A program made the translations under genes and the position numbers. Shown piece after piece: positions 33,235 through 64,000 of a DNA stretch of 64,000 bases; positions within the stretch are counted from its first letter, which is position 1, and every line of letters starts with the position of its first letter. A model generated the notes under the pieces. That model saw only the letters and a program-made list of their open reading frames with translations. It ran no database searches and was not told where the DNA came from. The stretch is taken from NCBI RefSeq assembly GCF_009914755.1, contig NC_060944.1. One strand, written 5' to 3'. The DNA comes from the human T2T-CHM13v2.0 reference genome, Homo sapiens.

Positions 33235-33719
33235 TGAGTGCTTCCTGTGTGCCAAGCACCAGGGATCCAACTGGGTCTCAATAGGGTGTGAAGAAGTTAT
33301 GCTTTTATTTTCTACTTAAGTTTCTACCTATATCATGCCAATTTCCAAAAATTCCCTTGAGAAATTAGTTCAAGAAAGTGCTAGACACGTGTAGGGAGCC
33401 TAGATTCACAGGTGGTTGGAGGGGGGTTGGGTGGTGGAAGGCAGGTCCTGGGAAGCTCCAGGCTGTTGACCTGCACCCACCTGGTTCACCTGTGGCTCTG
33501 GTTCCCATTGAGCTACTCCTCCACACTCAGGAAGGACAGGTCTTCAGAGTGTCCAAATGGTTTGACACACATCCCATACATGATGGAGGGGGCCCTGAGG
33601 ACAGCAGCCTTTGATGATGCAGAAGACTCATCAGAGTCATTGTTTTCACTGTCCTCTAGGCCAGTTCCCCGCTTTGATGTCACACCCACTAGTGCAGGGG
33701 AACTGTTGTGAGGAAAGTA

Positions 33720-37240
<3,521 letters not shown>

Positions 37241-37320
37241 ATTTAAGATAAACAGTTGAGGCACTGAGAAGCTGACTGGCAGTTTTGTGTGGGTAGGGCT
37301 TGTTTTAAGTAGGCTTTCTA

Positions 37321-37862
<542 letters not shown>

Positions 37863-38499
37863 TTTCACCATATATTCAATATAAAACTATTGCAATATCT
37901 TATATTCCTTTTCATAGTAAGTCTTTAAAACTTAGTGTATATTTTACTCTTACAGCACATCTTAATTCAGACAAGCAACATTTCAGGTGCTTACTAACGA
38001 CATGTGGCTAGTAGCTGCTGTATTGAGCACAGATTGAGACAGTAAGCCTGGGGCAGGGTGCACAGATTGCTTCATGCCAATAGGGTGATTCTGTGGATTT
38101 GATTCCCTTTAACTTTCCTTTACTATACTTAATTCTAGTTATTTCTAGAGCAAGAAGATGTTTACCTGCAAAGGAAATTATGTCATACCAAACGATATTG
38201 GTATTACCTTCCTGTCTACCTGGGAGGGAAGAGGTCTTTTATGATGTTTCTGGATAACCACACCAGAACTCCTGCAGTTGAACATGAACTCTAGAGGGGG
38301 CCCTTTTCATAGCCCTGTATCAGTTACTGTAACTTACAGACAGATGGAGTCACATAGCTCATGTCCCTTATCCAAAATACATAGGTCAGGGAACTCAGCA
38401 GTGCCCACCCACCCAGGTGGCTGCCTGTATTGACTGAATTTTGCATTGCCCTCTTGTCTAAACCTGAAGAACTTTAAACTTGACAATGTTCTTTTCAGA

Positions 38500-39383
38500 T
38501 AATTTATTTTTCTGAATTGTGGTTAAATATATATAACATGAAAATTACCATTTCAACCAAGTTTACAGTCTGTGGCATTAAATTCACACTGTTGTATAAC
38601 CATCACCACCGTCCATCTCTAGAACTTGTTTTGTCTTCCCCAGCTGAAATTCTGTACCCATTAAACACTAACTCCCCATTCCCTCCTACCCCCAGCCACT
38701 GGCAGCCACCACTCTACTTTGTCTCTATGAGTTTGACTATTCTAGCTACTTCATGTAAGTGGAACCATGCAGCATTTGTTCTTCTGTGACTGGCGTATTT
38801 CACTTTGCATAATGTCTTCAAGGTTCATCCATAGCATGTGTCACAATTCCCTCCCTTGTTAAGGCTGAGTAATATTCTATTGTATGTAGAGACTACATTT
38901 TATGTATCTATTCATTTGCCAATGGATAGGTGGATTGCATCTACCTTTTGGCCGTTGTGAATAATGTTTCCTGTCTCTTAAGAATGATACTCTTCATTGA
39001 AATTGCAAGGCTCTCTGATTAAATTCTGTACATCCACTCAAGGCCCTGACTTGTGGGCACAAAAGTTGTTTTTTTTTTGTTTTGTTTTGTTTTGTTTTTG
39101 TGAGACAGAGTCGCACTCTGTTGCCCAGGCTGGAGTGCAGTGGTACAATTTCGGCTCACCACAACCTCCGCCTCCTGGGTGCAAGTGATTCTCGTGCCTC
39201 AGCCTCCTGAGTAGCTGGGATTACAGGCACATGCCACCACGTCCAGCTAATTTTTGTATTTTTAGTAGAGACAGGGTTTCACCATGTTGGCCAGGCTGGT
39301 CTTGAACTCCTGACCTCAAGTGATCTGCCCACCTCGCCCTCCCAAAATGCTGGGATTACAGGTGTGAGCCACCACACCCAGCC
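38500..39383 (-). mobile_element. L1MB-like 3' end (38500-38970) and an antisense AluS (39067-39383)
   Basis: Consensus similarity by eye. Confidence 0.8.
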
Positions 39384-39534
39384 GTGGCCACAAGTTTTAA
39401 GGTCACCCCTCTTAAATCTGTGAGGAACTCCACCAAGGAGATACCATTCGTAGCTGGGCCTCAGAGAATATCTACAGGCTGGGGGAGAGGAAAGGCATTC
39501 CAGATGGAGGGAGCAAAGACACAGAAGCAGGAAG

Positions 39535-40101
39535 GGCATAACAAGTCACGCCAAACCTAATGGCACAAAACAACCATTTTATTATGGTCACAGATTCTGT
39601 ATGTCAGCAGTTCAGAAAGAGCGTGGCAGGAACATCTTGTTTCTTCTCCATACAGCCTGGGGCTTCAGATGGGAAGGCTCAAGGGCTTGGGGTGACATGA
39701 CACCTGAGGTATGGAATTACCTAAAGGTAGTTAACGTGTGTGCCTGGCACTTAAACAAGGATGACTCAAAGGCCAGGACTGCCAGCCACAGCCCCTGTGT
39801 ATGTCCCTCCACGTGCCTTTGCTCCCTCGCAGCATGGCAGCCTTCTTGCATGGTGGCTCCAGGCCCAAGTGTGTGTTGAACCCTGAGGCTGCATCCTTTT
39901 CTGACCTAGCCCTGGAAGTCACGTAGTAACTCTTCCACTGTATTTGACTGGTTACAAGCAAGTCACAAGCCCAAGGCGGGGCTTCAGGTTGAAGGAGGGA
40001 AGTATTAGACCCTACCTCTTCATAGGGAAGTATCAAGGTTTCAGAAGAGGAGGAGGGACAGGAGAGACTGTTGGGGCCTTCAGAAAATACAATCTGCCAC
40101 A
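39535..40101 (-). mobile_element. MLT1-family (ERVL-MaLR) solo LTR
   Basis: aaacaaccatttttattatggtcacagattctgt...aatacaatctgccaca. Confidence 0.7.
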
Positions 40102-40139
40102 GCAAAGAAGCAGTTACATCCACTGTTAAGCTGCAGTAA

Positions 40140-44290
<4,151 letters not shown>

Positions 44291-44307
44291 TACCTTGTCC
44301 TGACCGT

Positions 44308-46940
<2,633 letters not shown>

Positions 46941-47464
46941 AATGTGGGAGGGATGCGTCCATCCAAAAGATGAGCTTGAGTTTACTGTTTTCCATTCATT
47001 GCATGTCTGTATCACACCACTTTCTATAAAATGGTTTGTCCATTTCTCCTTAAAAAACTTTTGTTTTATATATTTTGAAGATATTGGATGGATCAAGTTT
47101 AGAATTGTAATATTCCTGGCAGATGTTCACTGATCCATTCTGTTTTTCAGAATCTCTGTTTGTGTTTGCCTAAGAGTTATATGTATTATGACTATTACAG
47201 TAGCAGACTTCCTTTGATTAGTGTTTGTCTGGTATATCTCTTTCCATCCATTTACTTTTTACCTTTCACTGTCCTTATTAATCATGTCTCTTGTAATCAG
47301 CATATACCTGGATTTTATGTTTTATCCAGTTTCCTGATTTTTATTTTAGAAATAGGTAGTGTAGTCCATTTTTACGAGGTGACTTCTATATATTTAGGTT
47401 CATTCTTACCATGTTATTTTGGGGGATTTGTGCTTTTTAAATGTATTTTAATTTATTTATTTAA

Positions 47465-47572
<108 letters not shown>

Positions 47573-47679
47573 TGAGCCCAGCCTCCTTTTCTGAGGTGCC
47601 TTTTTTCCTCTTTCTTCCCTTCTTTTGGATTAACTCCTCTCCTCACTCCTTTTACAAACCCTACTAGTTTTGAGGCTAT

Positions 47680-48060
47680 ATTAATTGGGATTACATTTGC
47701 CTACAAATAACACTAAAACATTTCTAAAAAGTGATTTAAACAAGACTGTTTATTTCATTCTCAAGAATGTCTCAGATAGTGATGGTGGAGCCACAGGCTT
47801 TTTTGTTTCCTTGCAGTTTGATGCCATTAATTGGCTTTCATTGATAAGATCTTCTCAACTGTCAGAGTGCTGCTGGATCCCAGCATCCTAAGTGCATTCC
47901 AGCCAGCAAAGGAACCAACAGCAAAGGAGAACAGCTGGCCCACGCACTGCTTCTGCTTCCACTGCTTTGGCCAGAATTTAGACATACAACTATGCATATC
48001 TTGCTGCAGGGGAGTCTAGGAAATGCTTGATTCCAGGCTATGTGCCCAGTTAAAAATAAA
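47680..48060. mobile_element. Old MLT1 (J/K-like) LTR fragment
   Basis: Resemblance to MaLR LTR ends, judged by eye. Confidence 0.45.
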
Positions 48061-48243
48061 AGGTCCACACAGATCACTTGTTTTCAGAAGCCTATGCTGT
48101 GCTTAGTAGACAGTGTGCACATTATAGAGAGTTGGCATAATGCTAACAACAGAATCCTTATTCTAATCCTGATCCTAGTATAACTTGTTGTAGGATTCTA
48201 GTACTTCGCATGCCATGCCTCAGAGTTTTAATGTGACAGTACT

Positions 48244-55820
<7,577 letters not shown>

Positions 55821-56109
55821 TCTCTTAAGACCATGATTTATGTTTTTCTGGAAAATGTTTTACATTTACACTCAGTTTTCATATTTGTTGCCATAACATA
55901 TCCTCAGGAAATGGGATGGGGTTGGCTTTATATTGTTTGTGTTTTTCTCAATGAGAATGGATTAATGTGTAGATAAAATGAAGACCACCGCCATCATGAA
56001 ATAATGAGTTCTACCCTAAGGGAGTGTGGGAGGAGATTAAAAGCATGATGCCATCCCACCAAACCCTGTGCTGTGCTAAATCAGTCTTTTTCCACCCTCT
56101 GTTTCTCAG

Positions 56110-56201
56110 TCTTAGGAAAAGTCCTCAGTGCTGTGGGCAGTGCCCAGCTACTGATGTCCCAGAAATTCCAGCAGTTCCGGGGCCTCTGTGAGCAAAACTT
56201 G
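56110..56201 (+). CDS. DLGAP4: DLGAP4 coding exon (92 nt, phase 1 to 0): VLGKVLSAVGSAQLLMSQKFQQFRGLCEQNL (GH1 domain)
   Basis: tttctcag| acceptor, TTG|gtgagt donor, conserved GH1 helix. Confidence 0.97.
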
Positions 56202-56481
56202 GTGAGTGTGATTCTCCTTCCTCCACAGCAGGGCTTCCAGCCTTTGGCTGCCCACTATACTCTGCCAGCCCCTCGAAGCCTCTGTGCCCTCCTCTGTAAC
56301 ACACACAGCGCGGCTTCCTCATGGTGCTGGAAGGACAGTGGCAATGTGTGTCAGTGTCTAGCACAAGAAAGGGGGCAAAAGTGGCCCTATCAGATCTCTA
56401 ATATCTTTCCATGTTGAAACAGCCACATGGATGGTAAAGTCAATTAGCACTGGTTTATTTATATAAAATATATTCTGTATC

Positions 56482-57322
<841 letters not shown>

Positions 57323-57726
57323 TCATGGAACAGAGTGACACGAGGGAAACAACACAGATTCTGTGACCTTTCCCACCTGGGAGTGAATCGGGCTTCTCTC
57401 GGTGTCACTGTCACACCATGGCCAAGAACTTCTGTTTCTTCCCTGCAAAACGAGAATACCTGTCTGCTAGCATACACATACATTAGGGACAGGAGTGCCT
57501 TCCTTGCCACAGCCCTTAGACTATCCCCCAAAGATCCCCACCACTAGGGCTGGTGCTGACCAGAACTGGCTTAGATTCATTCATACAGATACTTACCCAG
57601 ACACTAGGCCTCAAGAGCCCCCGCGGGTGCTGGCAGGGCCCAGAGGAACCCTGCTTGTTGGGGGGTTGGGGGGAGCAGGACAAGCCTCTGCTGAGCTGGC
57701 CCCACTGATCCCCATCTGGCCCACAG

Positions 57727-57882
57727 AACCCTGATGCCAACCCACGCCCCACAGCCCAGGACCTGGCAGGGTTCTGGGACCTGCTACAGCTGTCCATCGA
57801 GGATATCAGCATGAAGTTCGATGAACTCTACCACCTCAAGGCCAACAGCTGGCAGCTGGTGGAGACCCCCGAGAAGAGGAAG
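57727..57882 (+). CDS. DLGAP4: DLGAP4 coding exon (156 nt, phase 0 to 0): NPDANPRPTAQDLAGFWDLLQLSIEDISMKFDELYHLKANSWQLVETPEKRK
   Basis: ccacag| acceptor, AAG|gtgagc donor, DLAGFWDLLQLSIED family signature. Not shown in the ORF track. Confidence 0.97.
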
Positions 57883-58688
57883 GTGAGCATGGAGCAGTGC
57901 GGAGGGGAAGTCCAGGGACAAATTCCTGGTCGGCAATAACGCTGCCCACATCGGTCAGTGCTGCTTGGCTCCCTTCTCCGTGTGTCGTCTTTGAGCTGGG
58001 GTCTCACATCCATCACTGCGTGGGGTCCATGCTTGGCACTTGTCTGGCATGCCGCTTGCTCCGTGTAGTTGAGGCTGCCCCTGAAGCATGTGTCCTGCCC
58101 TGCATGTCCAGAAAAGGGGATCCTGGGAGAGGCACGCCCACAGCCTCAATCACGTTATAACAGAGGAGGCAGCAAAAATGGTCCCTTCTCCTGGGGCCCT
58201 GCTGCCAGGAGTCCTGGGGTCTGGAGCCAGCTCTGTGACCTTGTGGTAGCCAGCCTCTTCCCTGAGGCTTCCTTCTGCAAACCAGAACCAGTGACCCCTG
58301 TTGAACCGTGGCCCTGTCTAATCCCCTAGAATAGCCTGTAAAATGGGACCTGAAGCCCTAAATTTGTCTCTGACTGTGACTCGGGCTAGTTCCTGCCCGA
58401 GTCTCGGGCTCCCGGTGATTCAACATGAGGGTGGACAATGGGATCTGCCCGTCCCCGCTGCTCGAGCGCTCTCGGAGTCTAGGCTTGCTTTCTGCTCCAG
58501 TGCCTTGAGCTCTTCCCACTGTCAGTCATCGCTTCTCGTGGCTTCCTGATTCCAAGTGTGTGTTGCTTGTGCCCGATGCGGGGAGGCTGGGGTGGAGACT
58601 CCAGCTGCCGGCATATGGTGGGGGTAGTGCCACACAAAACGTGGCACCTTTATTTTATTTTTGTTCTCTCCTCACTGTCTCACTAAAG

Positions 58689-58907
58689 GAAGAGAAGAAA
58701 CCACCCCCTCCGGTCCCAAAGAAGCCAGCCAAATCCAAGCCGGCAGTGAGCCGCGACAAGGCCTCAGACGCCAGCGACAAGCAGCGCCAGGAGGCCCGCA
58801 AGAGACTCCTGGCGGCCAAGCGGGCAGCTTCTGTGCGGCAGAACTCAGCCACCGAGAGCGCAGACAGCATCGAGATTTATGTCCCGGAGGCCCAGACCAG
58901 GCTCTGA
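58689..58907 (+). CDS. DLGAP4: DLGAP4 last coding exon: EEKKPPPPVPKK...IEIYVPEAQTRL-stop (Shank PDZ ligand QTRL)
   Basis: Pyrimidine tract then ctaaag| acceptor at 58688; TGA at 58905-58907; canonical SAPAP C-terminus. Confidence 0.98.
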   Translation, partial: EEKKPPPPVPKKPAKSKPAVSRDKASDASDKQRQEARKRLLAAKRAASVRQNSATESADSIEIYVPEAQTRL

Positions 58908-59811
58908 GACCATGCAGGAGGAAAGAAACGATTTTAAATCATTAAAAACACAAAAACTAAGTGCGAACGGAACAGAGTTTTCTCAACCTTTGCTATGGTT
59001 ATTCTGTCTAGAGACCCTGAGCCAACTTTCAAATTGACGCATACAAGGGCTCACAATTTGGCTTTTTTGGGTCCCTCCCAGCTTTAGGTTATGAAGATTT
59101 TACTCACAAAAAAAATCAACAAAAATCACGAAACTAGAAAACTTTTTTTTTCCTCTTGCTGGCCGTGGTGGACTAGATAGATGGACGTCGGCAACTCCCG
59201 GCCCAGCCTCCATACTGCGGTCTTTTTACTCGTTCTATCTGATGAGAACTCACACTAGCTTGTTTACAAGATGACGACAGTCCAAGGGCAGCCTTGGGCA
59301 CCTGCCATGTCCCTCCTTTCCCCAGCTATCCCCGCTCTGACCTTGATTTTCATTCTTATGTTTTTCTCTTTTCCCTTCAGAGCTCACACAGTGGTCACCA
59401 TTGTGGCAAGCGGCTTTCTGGGTCTCAGCCCTCTCTGCGGTTGAGGGCCCAGAGGACAGAGAGATGGACATGCGTCCCCTCCCTCCCCCCGCCAAGTGCT
59501 CACACACAACCTCACGCGCACACACACACACGCAGATGGAGGCGCCTCACTGGGAGGTGCCCCGCCAGCCCTGGGCAGTGTCAGGCAGGACTCACTCACC
59601 GCTGAGCAGATGAGAGAAGTTTTAGTCTTGGCGGGTGGAAATGAGACGAAGCCACAGTTATCACACTCCAGACTCCTGCCCTTTTATTTTCTCCAGCCCC
59701 TTCTTCCTTCAGCAAAATCTAGGACTCCCGAGTGGCTTCCAGGGGGCCGTCAGTCCTCAGCCGCGCCTGTGTCCGGTGCCCGAGGGGCGGGCGGCGGTGT
59801 CTGTATGTATG

Positions 59812-59819
59812 TGTACATA
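59812..59819 (+). promoter_or_regulatory. Pumilio response element UGUACAUA
   Basis: Exact match to UGUAHAUA in the 3'UTR. Confidence 0.5.
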
Positions 59820-60192
59820 TGCACATAGACCTTAGAGTGTATAGTTAACAAACGCCCATCTGCTCACCCATGCCCACCCAGCGCCGCCGCCGCTGGCTCT
59901 CGGGGCACCTGGCAGGAGGCGGGTGTGTGAATAGCATATATTTTTACATGTACTATATCTAGGTGTGTGTACAAGTGTGTGTAAAAATATATACCTTGTG
60001 TGTAAGCAGCCCTTTTTTTTTTTGGTCTCCACCCCCCTCCCCCCGCCCCGCACTCCTAAGGGCCCATCTGCCCAGCCTCTGAGTTTTCTGTTCTATTTTT
60101 TTTTTAACCCCAATTATCCTTCTCTCTCTCCTGCCCCCGCATCCCACTCCCAGGGTGTCACGAGCCCTGAGCTGCAATGGCCCGGGCCTGCA

Positions 60193-60216
60193 GGGCGGGG
60201 TAGGGGAGGGCAGGGG
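60193..60216 (+). promoter_or_regulatory. Canonical RNA G-quadruplex motif in the 3'UTR
   Basis: GGG C GGGG TA GGGG A GGG CA GGGG: five G-runs with 1-2 nt loops. Confidence 0.65.
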
Positions 60217-60384
60217 CTCAGCCCCGAAGCCAGCTCAGTACCTGAGGGGCTGCTCTATGCTGTGTATGCGCCTCTCTGGCATCCGAGACATCCTCTTGGC
60301 TGGCGCTTGCTGCAGGGGGGACCCCCCCCCCGTCCCCAGGTGAACCAAGGGTCTGCTCCGGGGCCCATTTCCAGCTTGGCCGCC

Positions 60385-60530
60385 GTCTGTGACCTTGGGC
60401 AAGTCACTTGACCTCTGTGTGCCTCAACTTCCTCCTCTGTAAAACGGGGACAGTCCCTGCCCCTCCCTACCTCACAGGCATGTTGTGAGAATAAATGAGG
60501 TAACGTGTACCAAGGGCTTGTGGCATTATT
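60385..60530 (+). mobile_element. MIR SINE in the 3'UTR, containing AATAAA at 60490-60495
   Basis: MIR core: ctgtgaccttgggcaagtcactt...ctgtaaaacgggga...tgttgtgagaataaatgag. Confidence 0.8.
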
Positions 60531-60714
60531 GCAGGGGGATGAGCAGAGTGGGCCCAGGAAACTGAACCAGACCCCTCCCAAAAGGCAGCTCTGTGGAGAC
60601 AGCCTGATGGGAGTGCCAGCCGGGATGCCAGCTGTCACATGCCAGCTCTGTGATCTGGGGCGGGAAGATGGAGCTGACCGTCCCCTCTCCCGAAAATCAG
60701 TGTGCAGCACTTAC

Positions 60715-60956
60715 CAGCTTCCTGTTTGAAATAAACCCTTGAAAGATAGATGCTATCACAGGAGCCAGGATAGGCTGATAAAGACGACCCTAGAGGACAG
60801 TTTACACCCCCCACAGATCCACAGTCTGCACATTCTCCAGGGTGGGGTACTCGGTATCCCCCTGCCTGGCAGCTGCTTCCACTCTGTCAGGTGCGAGCCC
60901 TGAGTGCATCTCCAGAGCACCTCCTCTACAGGCCCAGTGCTGGGGCAGAGCTCGCT
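60715..60956 (-). ncRNA. Candidate exon of an antisense lncRNA (possibly DLGAP4-AS1)
   Basis: Minus-strand acceptor tctgtctccctcaccag| and perfect donor CTG|gtaagt. The lncRNA identity is from memory only. Confidence 0.35.
60730..60735 (+). terminator. Polyadenylation signal AATAAA (probable main site)
   Basis: ctgtttgaAATAAAcccttg at the end of the repeat-poor UTR block. Confidence 0.65.
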
Positions 60957-61202
60957 CTGGTGAGGGAGACAGATATTGAACGTGACAGATAAGGTCAAGT
61001 CAATGACAGGTGGTAAAAAACAAGACGCAGCAGAATGAGGCTGCAGGACCCCGCAGCGCGACCACCAAACCCAGCCTGGGCAGGAGTGTTCTGGTAGAGA
61101 CCAGAAGGATGAGTGGGTAGCCAGCTTTCAGGGAGGGAGCGGCACGCAGTCCTGGCAGAAGCAGGAGGTGCCAAGCCCCAGTGGTAGGAACATACCTTTT
61201 CC

Positions 61203-63308
<2,106 letters not shown>

Positions 63309-64000
63309 TCATGGCCGGATTCAGATTAAATGGTTTTCACAAAAATATGACTTAGATGATGTCCCATGTCCTTGTATCTTGTTCCATCAAGGATGCATTT
63401 GTCACTTCAGAGAAAGGCTGACAGCAGCTTCCCAGAGAAGCTGGGAATGAGTCCTCAGCTTCTGTGTTTCCAAAGCCTAGTCCTTGAGGGAACCAGGACA
63501 GGGACAGACAGGAAGTGCCCTCCTAAAGGCTGCAGGATATGACCACAGAGGCAGCAGAGGGGACAGGAGACTGTCAGCCACCTGTGGGTCCCTGAGAACC
63601 CTACATGGCCCAGGTTTCCCTTCTAGAACTCCAAGCTCCCTAGGTTTACATGTTTCCGGAGTCAGCAGAGAAGGCTCAGCTACCGCCAGGAACAGCACTG
63701 GGCCCCCAGACCTTATAGACAGGACAGCAGGACAAAGCCACTGCCACCAGGAGCCTGAGGGCCAAGTACCAAGCGGAGGCTGCGTGGGCAAATGCTGTGG
63801 AGGACAGACCCACTGAGATGAGGTTTCTAGCACCAGCAGTGGAATGGGCTTTACAACAGCAATTCTAAACAGTCTCCTGCCCATCTGAATCTGTGGCTGA
63901 TCTGAAAGCTGGTGTGGTTTCTGCTGCCGACCCTGGTCCTACCATATGGCGGCCAGGGGAATTTTCAAAATGCTAACTGGGCTGCATCACCCTCTGCTTA

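Larger units (their letters stand above)
58908..60755 (+). other. DLGAP4: DLGAP4 3'UTR (3' end approximate)
   Basis: Follows the stop codon, is Alu-free, and ends shortly after AATAAA at 60730-60735. Confidence 0.75.

Overview
Human (primate) genomic DNA, very Alu-rich, holding the 3' half of DLGAP4 (SAPAP4, a postsynaptic scaffold of the GKAP/SAPAP family) on the + strand. Bases 1-28560 are intronic. The coding exons are 28561-28922, a mutually exclusive pair (31098-31177 or 31444-31532), 32055-32467, 56110-56201, 57727-57882 and 58689-58907 (ending EAQTRL-stop), followed by a ~1.85 kb 3'UTR. All junctions were checked for GT-AG and frame. Nearly all other ORF-track entries are Alu, L1, L2 or chance frames. 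The most interesting signals are at the RNA level: (1) a mutually exclusive exon switch that toggles both LC8/DYNLL-binding motifs and is flanked by competing long-range complementary segments resembling a docking site and selectors; (2) a three-exon back-splice circle (864 or 855 nt) that forms a stop-free endless ORF; (3) a structured 3'UTR with a GC clamp around a Pumilio site, a 19-bp stem and a G-quadruplex; (4) a strong cryptic acceptor in the 3'UTR that could replace the Shank-binding C-terminus; (5) a candidate antisense exon over the poly(A) signal; (6) a tiny orphan retro-insertion and a young AluYb8. Repeat family names and boundaries were judged by eye and are approximate.
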